This document shows positions 1 to 8,236 of a stretch of DNA of 40,847 nucleotides, piece after piece. Every line of letters starts with the position of its first letter. The first letter of the stretch is position 1. Position numbers and translations under genes: made by a program. The stretch lies in the UHGV virus genome UHGV-0390358; one strand, 5' to 3'. The stretch comes from a virus. Below the pieces are notes generated by a model. The model was not told the origin of the DNA, did not search any database, and saw only the letters and a program-made list of their open reading frames with translations.

Positions 1-1
1 G

Positions 2-166
2 CCTGGTGCGAATCTCTGGTACTTGAAGGCGGCTCTCGATCACATGATCTTTAACCAGATGCAGGAGTATTTTTCACCAGGCTATTTGCGTAAAATGGAG
101 CAACGTTCGAAGAAAGAGTTTAACCAGACATACTGGTGGCGACCACAGGATGTCACTCCGCAATAA
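2..166 (+). CDS. 3' end of a CDS truncated by the window start; function unknown
   Basis: Open frame from position 2 to TAA at 164-166 (...YLRKMEQRSKKEFNQTYWWRPQDVTPQ*); no start codon in window. Confidence 0.3.
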   Translation, partial: PGANLWYLKAALDHMIFNQMQEYFSPGYLRKMEQRSKKEFNQTYWWRPQDVTPQ

Positions 167-177
167 AAGGAGATATG

Positions 178-300
178 ATGGTTCAAATAACTTTTATTGT
201 ACTAATATGTGCAGCGTTTTTATGCTATTCATACATTTTGATAAAAATGGGTTTCAATTGGAATCTCTGTTGCGTGCAGCGGCATGGTTCGGCTTTGTAG
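178..300 (+). CDS. Small hydrophobic peptide (40 aa), unknown
   Basis: AGGAG at 168-172 then ATG at 178; MVQITFIVLICAAFLCYSYILIK... ; preferred over the overlapping 150..338 frame, which has no ribosome-binding site. Confidence 0.3.
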   Translation: MVQITFIVLICAAFLCYSYILIKMGFNWNLCCVQRHGSAL

Positions 301-385
301 TATTCGGAATTGTATTGTTCGGAAGAATAATAAAATAACTAGTTAATTTGTGGATTGGTGCTGTTTTTCCATGATAGGGGTAATT

Positions 386-766
386 ATGAGAAAAGTATTT
401 TTGATTTTTGGATTTATGCTTCTCGTTGGATGCCAGTCAGCTGCACAGTTTGAAAGAAATATGCTTACGTGGCGCGGGCAGAGTATAGACGCAATGGTTC
501 AGCAGTGGGGGTATCCTCAGGGAGAGCTTACATCTCCAGATGGAAACAGAGTGTATGTTTACTCAAGCTCTGGTAGTTATAACGTACCACAAACCACAAC
601 GTATAATACTACGTCTAATCTAATTGGTAATACTATATATTCAAACACATACGCAACAACTGATGGCGGTTATACACTCCATTTCAGTTGCTCTGTTTAC
701 GTTGAGTTTGGTGCTGATAAGATTATTAAAAATGTTACATGGCGCGGTAATAATTGCGTTGCGTGA
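386..766 (+). CDS. Phage-encoded lipoprotein (signal peptide + lipobox LLVGC), unknown function
   Basis: ATG at 386 preceded by AGGGG; N-terminus MRKVFLIFGFMLLVGCQS; AT-rich; followed by terminator. Confidence 0.6.
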   Translation: MRKVFLIFGFMLLVGCQSAAQFERNMLTWRGQSIDAMVQQWGYPQGELTSPDGNRVYVYSSSGSYNVPQTTTYNTTSNLIGNTIYSNTYATTDGGYTLHFSCSVYVEFGADKIIKNVTWRGNNCVA

Positions 767-774
767 CATGTCAC

Positions 775-800
775 AGGCCGCTTTCGCGGCCTTGTTTTTA
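775..800 (+). terminator. Rho-independent terminator after lipoprotein gene
   Basis: AGGCCGC-tttc-GCGGCCT stem-loop followed by TGTTTTTA. Confidence 0.5.
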
Positions 801-1012
801 ACGAATGCCACCGCCACCCGGGCGGGAATCCGCAGAACGCCCACCGCAGCGGGAGCCGTCAGCAGCAGTGTCGCTGTCGTGCTGACAACGACCGGCAAAG
901 GCCTGAGTTGAAGCTACCAGAGACAACAAAACGAACAGTGCAGCAAATGCTTATTTCCATCTATAAGCCACCTCAATGTGGCGTCAATGAGTGTAGCACT
1001 GACTTTTGTTTC

Positions 1013-1040
1013 GTCCATAAAAAAGCCCTCAGTGCGGGCT
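1013..1040 (-). terminator. Rho-independent terminator of the two-gene minus-strand operon
   Basis: On minus strand AAGCCC-gcactga-GGGCTT followed by TTTTTAT, immediately after the TAA stop at 1040-1042. Confidence 0.5.
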
Positions 1041-1417
1041 TAATTAACTTCGAGGATAATAGAATCTTTAGACTTGAATCCCACTTTCCTCATGGCTGTA
1101 ATGACGTTTTGGATAACCCACGTTTTCCCAAACTCTCTTTCGTGTACAATGGCGCAAGGAAAATGAAGGGCGCTTTTGTTGCACTTTATGGTGAAAGTTG
1201 TACCTTCAGCAAAATCCAAAACAGTCTGCAGATGTGCAGATATAAACGATTTAAACACATCTTCAAGCTCAGCAAGAGTAATTGGCGGTTTGTTCCTCTC
1301 GTCGTTCAGGCGTTCATATGCTGCGTGAAATGAAAAGTGAATTCTTGCCGCATCTTCTTGCAAGATCTCGTTAATCTCATCCTCAAGATCAATGAGTTGT
1401 TGTTCTGTTATAGACAT
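1040..1417 (-). CDS. Hypothetical protein, 125 aa, acidic N-terminus; second gene of a two-gene operon
   Basis: ATG at 1417 overlaps the upstream gene stop (ATGTCTATAA), indicating translational coupling; ends at terminator. Confidence 0.5.
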   Translation of the reverse strand: MSITEQQLIDLEDEINEILQEDAARIHFSFHAAYERLNDERNKPPITLAELEDVFKSFISAHLQTVLDFAEGTTFTIKCNKSALHFPCAIVHEREFGKTWVIQNVITAMRKVGFKSKDSIILEVN

Positions 1418-1626
1418 AGATAACGGGAGGTCGCCTCACTTATTTTTTGATTTAATTCATCATCATTGGATGCACGTACAGTAGCAACATGCTTACTTTG
1501 GCGTAGGGTCCCAATTCTGATATCAAATTCTTCATTATCGAAAGAGTCAACGAAAACAGCTTTACCAGTTTCTGGATGGTAAAAAGAGGCATAGTTTTGG
1601 TTGAGTTGCATATCAAATTTAAACAT
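1408..1626 (-). CDS. Hypothetical protein, 72 aa; first gene of a two-gene operon
   Basis: Strong ribosome-binding site GGGAGGA 5 nt before ATG at 1626; operator-like palindrome upstream at 1744-1758. Confidence 0.55.
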   Translation of the reverse strand: MFKFDMQLNQNYASFYHPETGKAVFVDSFDNEEFDIRIGTLRQSKHVATVRASNDDELNQKISEATSRYLCL

Positions 1627-1824
1627 ATCATCCTCCCATACGGGAACAGACGTGACTTACATACGGTGTGATTTTGACTAGTTAACTTTCTGCAGCAAAA
1701 CCATCACGGTAACTACAAACTAAAATGTTACAAATCAACTTTCTTACCTTTGGGGTAATAGTACGCTATTCACCTGCAATCTGTACAGAATTATTTAAAG
1801 GCACATCCCTGTGCCGCCGTTCTG

Positions 1825-2511
1825 TCAGAAGACCCCTGCCTTGTCGTTGATGTATTCCGCGTGGGTCTGGATATCACGCAGGCATTTACTCACACCGACG
1901 ATGTAGCAGAACATGGTGGTCAGTTCCGCCGCCGCGCCCGATACGTCGTGCCCGTCTTCCTGTAACTGGTTCAGCAGATTCATCAGCAGTGAGTTCTCCG
2001 TCAGGCCGAGAACACCAGACGGCGAGTGAATCAAACTGCGGTAGCCGGGCTTCAGCGGGGCGCTGTAGGTGTTGTTCTCTATCTTCATTGCCTGCATCAC
2101 TGCTGACGCCGTGGCGTTGGCTACCTGGTCGGCAACCATCTTTATGCGTTCTTCCTGCGGGAGCGAGTTTTTAATGTAACTTCCGGTGCGGCGGATCTGA
2201 GGAAGAACCTCACCCGTAACCCATTTACGAAAGCGGTAGGGGATAGTGCCTGGTGTCACCGCATCGCGGCAGCGGAGGATCAGTGTGTAGAGGCCTGACT
2301 CGTTGATAATATTGGTTTCGCCTTGACGGCCTAAGTTAAATTTAGCCCTTTCATCATCATCAAGAGATTTTATTGACATAGTGGGGTTTGTCAGTTGAAG
2401 AGCTTTAATAACGTCTTTGGCAACAAACCAAGGATTTCCATCAATAACAATGGCTCGAATGGTTGCCTCTGATTCAAAATGAAAAACAGATGGGGTTACG
2501 TTAGCAGTCAT
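1825..2511 (-). CDS. Bro-N domain + KilA-C (phage antirepressor-type) domain protein
   Basis: N-terminal FHFESEATIRAIVIDGNPWFVAKDVIKAL matches the Bro-N signature; C-terminal domain is paralogous to the 3657..3914 protein; start taken at internal ATG 2511 (MTANV...) rather than the ORF-track start 2664. Confidence 0.65.
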   Translation of the reverse strand: MTANVTPSVFHFESEATIRAIVIDGNPWFVAKDVIKALQLTNPTMSIKSLDDDERAKFNLGRQGETNIINESGLYTLILRCRDAVTPGTIPYRFRKWVTGEVLPQIRRTGSYIKNSLPQEERIKMVADQVANATASAVMQAMKIENNTYSAPLKPGYRSLIHSPSGVLGLTENSLLMNLLNQLQEDGHDVSGAAAELTTMFCYIVGVSKCLRDIQTHAEYINDKAGVF

Positions 2512-2905
2512 AGTGATCACCTTTGTAGTTAGGTTAATCACCACTACCGACGCCAATCGGTTGGTGGTGAACTGTGCAGGGTTGGCGTAACCGGCTACAA
2601 AGGACCCGGCGCACCTTTCGGTGCCCCCACACAGCCCACCATAGAATAGGTGCGCTTTACACATAAAAAAACCGCTTATGCGGCATATGTGCCTCTGTAG
2701 TAACCCGGGACGCCAATCCCGGCACTGGATTTTGCCAGTGCCCGATTACTATGGCACAAGAGGAGTGCGATGTAAATTTACCGCAAAGGTAATGATAAGC
2801 GCGAAGAAATATTAAAATCAACCGTATTTGGTTGATTGCGTTTAACGCTTGATCACCTGAAAGCAAGATATTACCTTTAAGGTAATGTTATTGTGAGGAA
2901 AAGCA

Positions 2906-3634
2906 ATGGAAGTTTTCTGGATAGTTGTTGGTGTGGTTGCGGTGATTATTTACGTTATCAACCAGAACAAGACTAAGATCTCTGATCGTACGGTCGTTAA
3001 TCAGAACAAAACGATAAAGACCGAAGATGGGGAGGTAACGATTAGTCGTACACAGGTGATAGAACACACATCTACTCAGTTTCAAAAAACTGGAGGTAAC
3101 GCGCCTGATATTTCCGTACCTCCTGCTTATGATAGTGCGGTAATCCAGACATATTATAAACAGCAGGAGTTTGCAAAAGAGAGGCAACTGATTCAGCCAA
3201 AGCCGTTTACAGCTGAGCTTCCACCTGGAGTGTCAACGCGTCCGGCATATCATGGAAGATTCCCTGGTGATGACATATCGTCTCAGTCATCTAAAAAAGC
3301 ACCTCAGGCAGTATCAGAGCCAGCAAGAATACCTTCTGTATCGCCGCCAAAAGAAGAATCAGCTAACAGAGTTTCAAGTGGCCGCAAGCAGTGTTTGCGA
3401 TGCAGAATAAACCTTCCATATGACAAATTCCGGAAATCGTCAAAAAATCCAGATGGATTGACTAAGTGGTGTGCAAGGTGTCTCGATGGCCCAAAGAATA
3501 CACGCCATATGAAGTGGTGCCCAATTTGTAATGTCCGCAGAAAACGGACCAGCTTTTACCCTAATAATCAAAATGCGGACGGCTTAATGGCATGGTGCAA
3601 AACGTGCTGGGACGAGCACAAAGCGAAACGATAG
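2906..3634 (+). CDS. Membrane-anchored protein with two C-terminal CxxC...CxxC zinc-ribbon-like repeats, unknown function
   Basis: ATG at 2906 with GAGGA ribosome-binding site; N-terminal TM helix; repeats CLRC..DGLTKWCARC and CPIC..DGLMAWCKTC; operator palindrome 2871-2885 immediately upstream. Confidence 0.6.
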   Translation: MEVFWIVVGVVAVIIYVINQNKTKISDRTVVNQNKTIKTEDGEVTISRTQVIEHTSTQFQKTGGNAPDISVPPAYDSAVIQTYYKQQEFAKERQLIQPKPFTAELPPGVSTRPAYHGRFPGDDISSQSSKKAPQAVSEPARIPSVSPPKEESANRVSSGRKQCLRCRINLPYDKFRKSSKNPDGLTKWCARCLDGPKNTRHMKWCPICNVRRKRTSFYPNNQNADGLMAWCKTCWDEHKAKR

Positions 3635-3656
3635 GCCGCTCTTGCGGCCTTTAAAT

Positions 3657-3914
3657 TTACCGGGTTTGTTTTCGTAATTGTTCGGCACAATAGTCGAGAT
3701 GTGTTTGCAGATCCTGCATAGACATCTGTGAGCTGGTGACGTAGTTAATCAGTGCAGTCAGTTCGGCAAGTGGGCCATCGACATTAAATCCATCCTTATC
3801 GAGATCTCGGAGTAATTTCATCAAGTGCGATCCCTCCACCAGTGACCTGACGCCTCCCGGCGTGTGAATCCTTTCGGTAAATCCGTTTTCCAGTGGATAG
3901 TGATACTGCTGCAT
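3657..3914 (-). CDS. Stand-alone KilA-C-like small protein; candidate SOS-inducible antirepressor
   Basis: Paralogous to the C-terminus of the 1825..2511 protein (HTPGGVRSLVEGSHLMKLLRDL... versus HSPSGVLGLTENSLLMNLLNQL...); GGAG ribosome-binding site favours the ATG at 3914 over 3929; LexA box 6 bp upstream. Confidence 0.6.
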   Translation of the reverse strand: MQQYHYPLENGFTERIHTPGGVRSLVEGSHLMKLLRDLDKDGFNVDGPLAELTALINYVTSSQMSMQDLQTHLDYCAEQLRKQTR

Positions 3915-3934
3915 CTTAATCTTCTCCATGCAAT

Positions 3935-3954
3935 AACTGTATATTTATACAGTA
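3935..3954. promoter_or_regulatory. LexA (SOS) box
   Basis: AACTGTATATTTATACAGTA, CTGT-N8-ACAG with AT-rich spacer, 15 of 16 core positions matching the E. coli consensus; overlaps a TATAAA -10-like hexamer of the leftward promoter. Confidence 0.7.
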
Positions 3955-4110
3955 GCAAATAATTTGTTTGCTATCCAGCACGTTTTGCAAATTACCTGAA
4001 AGGTAATATCTATTCGTATTTACAGCCTTTCTATCCATATGTGGTTTTTCAGGTAATAGAATAACCAGATATGCGGCGCAACGGGTGCTGCGACTATCTG
4101 GAGATTTAAC

Positions 4111-7100
4111 ATGACGGTCTCAACCGAAGTTGACCACAACGAATACACCGGTAACGGCGTTACGACATCGTTTCCGTATACTTTTCGAATTTTCAGAAAA
4201 TCAGACCTGGTTGTTCAGGTGTCTGACCTGAACGGGAACGTAACAGAATTGGTTCTGGATACCGGTTATACGGTAACTGGGGCGGGCACTTATAGTGGCG
4301 GTTCTGTGGTTCTTCCGTCTCCGCTTGCTACTGGATGGCGAATTACGATAGATCGTGTGCTTGATGTAGTGCAGGAGACAGACCTTCGCAATCAGGGAAA
4401 ATTTTTCCCCGAAGTGCATGAAGATGCCTTTGACTACCTGACGATGCTGATCCAGCAATGTTTTGGGTGGTTCAGACGTGCATTGATGAAACCATCTTTG
4501 CTTGCAAAATATTACGATGCAAAGCAAAACAAAATTTCTAACCTTGCAGATCCATCATTTGAGCAGGACGCTGTAAATAATCGCTCAATGCGTAATTATG
4601 TCGATGCTGCAATCGCCGGGGTTGTTGGTGGTTTTGGTTGGTTTATTCAGTATGGTTCTGGGGCTGTGTACCGAACGTTCCAGGATAAAATGCGTGATGC
4701 TATTAGCCCCAAAGATTTTGGAGCTGTTGGTGATGGTATAAATGACGATTCCACTGCAATAAGCGCGTGCCTTGAAGCCTCATCTCCAGTTTATAAAATT
4801 GACGGATTAGGGCTTACTTTTAAAGTATCAACTCTTCCGGATGTCAGTCGATTTAAAAATGCTCGTTTTTTATTTGAGAGAATACCGGGTCAGCCTCTTT
4901 TTTATGCTTCTGAAGATTTTATCCAGGGAGAGTTATTTAAAATTACAGATACACCGTGGTACAACGCCTGGACGCAGGATAAAACGTTTGTATATGACAA
5001 TGTCATCTATGCGCCTTTTATGGCTGGAGACCGCCATGGTGTAAATAACCTCCATGTTGCATGGGTTCGCTCAGGAGATGACGGGAAGACCTGGACAACG
5101 CCGGAATGGCTTACAGATTTACATGAAAACTATCCCACAGTTAACTATCACTGCATGTGTATGGGGGTTGTCAGAAATCGCCTTTTTGCTGTAATTGAGA
5201 CGCGGACCGTGAGCGGAAATAAACTGCAGGTTGCAGAGTTGTGGGATCGCCCAATGAGTCGCAGCCTTCGCGTTTATGGTGGTATAACGAAAGCAGCAAA
5301 TCAGCAAGTCGCTTATATTCGCATTACTGATCACGGATTATTTGCTGGTGATTTTGTCAACTTCTCAAACTCTGGTGTTACAGGTGTTACCGGGAATATG
5401 ACGGTGACTACTGTTATTGATAAAAATACTTTTACAGTTACGACGCAAAATACCCAGGATGTGGATCAGAATAACGAGGGTAGATACTGGAGTTTTGGTA
5501 CATCATTTCACTCTTCACCATGGAGAAAAACCAGTCTTGGAACTATTCCTTCTTTTGTTGACGGAAGCACTCCTGTTACTGAGATTCACAGTTTTGCGAC
5601 GATTAGCGATAACAGTTTTGCTGTTGGCTACCATAATGGTGATATTGGTCCACGCGAGCTTGGGATACTCTATTTCTCTGATGCTTTCGGTTCTCCTGGT
5701 AGCTTTGTTCGCAGACGCATACCTGCAGAATATGAGGCGAATGCATCTGAGCCATGTGTAAAATATTATGATGGCATTCTGTATCTGACGACCAGGGGGA
5801 CATTAAGTACTCAACCCGGTAGTTCATTGCACAGAAGCTCTGATTTAGGTACATCATGGAATTCTCTTCGCTTCCCAAATAATGTTCATCACTCAAACCT
5901 TCCTTTTGCCAAAGTTGGCGATGAGCTGATTATTTTTGGCAGTGAGCGCGCATTTGGTGAGTGGGAAGGAGGAGAGCCTGATAACCGTTATGCAGGAAAT
6001 TATCCAAGAACATTTATGACCAGAGTTAACGTCAATGAGTGGAGTCTGGATAATGTAGAGTGGGTTAATGTTACTGATCAGATTTATCAGGGCGGAATAG
6101 TTAACTCTGCGGTTGGTGTTGGTTCAGTTTGTATCAAAGACAACTGGCTGTACTACATTTTCGGTGGGGAAGACTTTCTAAACCCATGGAGCATAGGGGA
6201 TAACAACAGAAAATATCCTTATGTTCACGATGGTCACCCGGCTGATTTGTATTGTTTCAGGGTGAAAATTAAACAGGAAGAATTTGTTTCAAGGGATTTT
6301 GTCTACGGAGCCACTCCTAACAGAACGCTTCCTACTTTTATGTCGACGTCAGGCGTGAGGACGGTTCCTGTACCCGTTGATTTCACAGATGATGTTGCCG
6401 TCCAGTCACTGACTGTCCATGCAGGTACATCAGGACAAGTTCGCGCGGAAGTCAAACTTGAGGGTAATTACGCCATTATTGCGAAGAAAGTACCGTCTGA
6501 TGATGTTACCGCTCAGAGATTAATCGTTAGCGGCGGTGAAACAACGTCTTCAGCAGATGGTGCAATGATAACGTTGCATGGTTCCGGAAGCAGTACTCCA
6601 CGTCGCGCGGTATATAACGCACTCGAACATCTTTTTGAGAACGGAGATGTTAAACCTTATCTTGATAATGTAAATGCTCTTGGTGGTCCGGGAAACAGGT
6701 TCTCGACAGTTTATCTTGGCTCCAATCCTGTGGTTACCAGTGACGGAACATTAAAGACAGAGCCGGTCTCTCCTGACGAAGCATTGCTGGATGCCTGGGG
6801 TGACGTCAGGTATATCGCTTATAAATGGCTGAACGCTGTCGCTATAAAGGGGGAAGAAGGGGCGAGGATACATCATGGTGTAATCGCGCAGCAACTTCGT
6901 GATGTTCTTATTTCTCACGGACTCATGGAAGAAGAAAGCACAACATGCCGCTATGCCTTTCTTTGCTATGACGATTATCCCGCAGTATATGATGACGTCA
7001 TTACTGGCCAAAGGGAAATGCCGCTGACTGATAATGACGGGAGCATCATTGTTGATGAGGATGATAATCCAGTGATGGTAATGGAAGACATCATTGAGCG

Positions 7101-7230
7101 CGTTGAAATAACGCCAGCAGGATCTAGATGGGGGGTCAGACCTGATCTCTTATTCTATATCGAGGCAGCATGGCAGCGCAGAGAAATGGATAAGATAAAA
7201 GAGCGGATTCAGTCTCTGGAAGAACGTTAA
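4111..7230 (+). CDS. Tailspike endosialidase (endo-N-acetylneuraminidase) with C-terminal intramolecular chaperone domain
   Basis: 1039 aa; conserved podovirus tailspike N-terminal head-binding region; sialidase Asp-boxes SGDDGKTW and SSDLGTSW; C-terminal HGVIAQQLRDV... autoproteolytic chaperone-type domain. Confidence 0.85.
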   Translation: MTVSTEVDHNEYTGNGVTTSFPYTFRIFRKSDLVVQVSDLNGNVTELVLDTGYTVTGAGTYSGGSVVLPSPLATGWRITIDRVLDVVQETDLRNQGKFFPEVHEDAFDYLTMLIQQCFGWFRRALMKPSLLAKYYDAKQNKISNLADPSFEQDAVNNRSMRNYVDAAIAGVVGGFGWFIQYGSGAVYRTFQDKMRDAISPKDFGAVGDGINDDSTAISACLEASSPVYKIDGLGLTFKVSTLPDVSRFKNARFLFERIPGQPLFYASEDFIQGELFKITDTPWYNAWTQDKTFVYDNVIYAPFMAGDRHGVNNLHVAWVRSGDDGKTWTTPEWLTDLHENYPTVNYHCMCMGVVRNRLFAVIETRTVSGNKLQVAELWDRPMSRSLRVYGGITKAANQQVAYIRITDHGLFAGDFVNFSNSGVTGVTGNMTVTTVIDKNTFTVTTQNTQDVDQNNEGRYWSFGTSFHSSPWRKTSLGTIPSFVDGSTPVTEIHSFATISDNSFAVGYHNGDIGPRELGILYFSDAFGSPGSFVRRRIPAEYEANASEPCVKYYDGILYLTTRGTLSTQPGSSLHRSSDLGTSWNSLRFPNNVHHSNLPFAKVGDELIIFGSERAFGEWEGGEPDNRYAGNYPRTFMTRVNVNEWSLDNVEWVNVTDQIYQGGIVNSAVGVGSVCIKDNWLYYIFGGEDFLNPWSIGDNNRKYPYVHDGHPADLYCFRVKIKQEEFVSRDFVYGATPNRTLPTFMSTSGVRTVPVPVDFTDDVAVQSLTVHAGTSGQVRAEVKLEGNYAIIAKKVPSDDVTAQRLIVSGGETTSSADGAMITLHGSGSSTPRRAVYNALEHLFENGDVKPYLDNVNALGGPGNRFSTVYLGSNPVVTSDGTLKTEPVSPDEALLDAWGDVRYIAYKWLNAVAIKGEEGARIHHGVIAQQLRDVLISHGLMEEESTTCRYAFLCYDDYPAVYDDVITGQREMPLTDNDGSIIVDEDDNPVMVMEDIIERVEITPAGSRWGVRPDLLFYIEAAWQRREMDKIKERIQSLEER

Positions 7231-7536
7231 AAAAAAGCCCGCAATATTTTGCGGGTATCAAAAACGGAGTTTGTGAAAAGTTATCTTTGAATTCTATCAT
7301 GAATCAGTACGTATTTTAAATACATGTTCAGGTTTATTACACCATAGCATTATTAAATACAAAATTAAGTCTATGGTTCCTGTACAACTGCCCCCACTCT
7401 GCTGGCTCGTTCTGTAAAATCATTAGTACTTTTATTGAGATATATGATATGGAACAATAATGATTCATATATGGTTTACTATGCGGGGTTAGTCATCAAT
7501 AATTGACTGGCTTATAGATAGTAAACAGGAGAAAGT

Positions 7537-7941
7537 ATGTCTGCTCAAGTAACAAGTGAGCAATTAAATCAGTTGCTTAGTTTTGGTTCTCTTGCTGCGG
7601 TTATTGCAGGTGTCCCTCCGGAGGTTGCTTTAGGGGCTTTGGCTGGGGCGGTAATTTTTGTTACCTCTGCAGTAGAGTACCCCATCCGTCGCCGGGTGCT
7701 CCTTTCGATGCTCAGCTTTCTTTGTGGCCTTCTCTTTTACAAACCAGCAGCATCAATTCTTATCGGCATAGCCAGCCTGATCCCTACCATCACGCAGGAC
7801 TCTTTTGAAAAAGGGATTGTTTTCTCTGCAGGCGCATTCGTGTCAGCAATTGTCGCTGTGCGTATTGGTATATGGCTCTATCACCGTTCCGATAATCCAC
7901 GCGAGTTAATTCCGGGGAGAAAAGACGATGGTAACGCATGA
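7537..7941 (+). CDS. Putative holin-like membrane protein
   Basis: AGGAG ribosome-binding site; 134 aa with several predicted TM segments; first gene of a cassette followed by endolysin and spanins. Confidence 0.45.
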   Translation: MSAQVTSEQLNQLLSFGSLAAVIAGVPPEVALGALAGAVIFVTSAVEYPIRRRVLLSMLSFLCGLLFYKPAASILIGIASLIPTITQDSFEKGIVFSAGAFVSAIVAVRIGIWLYHRSDNPRELIPGRKDDGNA

Positions 7942-8236
7942 GTTTTTTTTGCTTATCACCAATGCAGTTATTTGCACTGGCATAGCAATTCGCGTTGTCA
8001 CATTCCGGCGTAACGGCTCTCAACATCGAAGGTGGGGAGGATGGCTTGCTTATTTCCTGATTGTTGCTGCGGCCAGTATTCCTGTTCGAGTCGCCTATGC
8101 AATCTGGTTACGTACGCCAATGGCTGTGGATTTATCTGAGGTCATTATCAACGCTGTCATGCTGGCTGCGGTTATTAAAACGCGCGGTAACGTCGTTCAA
8201 ATTTTTAAAGTATCGAGGTCTAAACATGGAGATTAA
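7928..8236 (+). CDS. Putative holin/antiholin-like small membrane protein
   Basis: 102 aa hydrophobic protein; start overlaps previous gene; immediately upstream of endolysin. Confidence 0.4.
   Translation: MVTHEFFLLITNAVICTGIAIRVVTFRRNGSQHRRWGGWLAYFLIVAAASIPVRVAYAIWLRTPMAVDLSEVIINAVMLAAVIKTRGNVVQIFKVSRSKHGD

Noticed and set aside
150-338. 62-aa ORF from the track
   Set aside because: It overlaps the end of the upstream gene and has no ribosome-binding site; the alternative frame (178..300) starts 5 nt after a consensus AGGAG. Both remain low-confidence.
908-1333. Plus-strand ORF of 141 aa
   Set aside because: It overlaps the minus-strand 125-aa gene, which has ribosome-binding sites, translational coupling and a terminator; the plus ORF has no start context.
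1781-1788. CTGTACAG as a LexA box
   Set aside because: The CTGT and ACAG half-sites are directly abutted, with no 8-bp spacer.
7231-7265. AGCCCGCAA-tatt-TTGCGGGT hairpin after the tailspike as a rho-independent terminator
   Set aside because: The stem is strong but the 3' side lacks a U-tract on the plus strand (A-run upstream instead); left as a hairpin of uncertain function.
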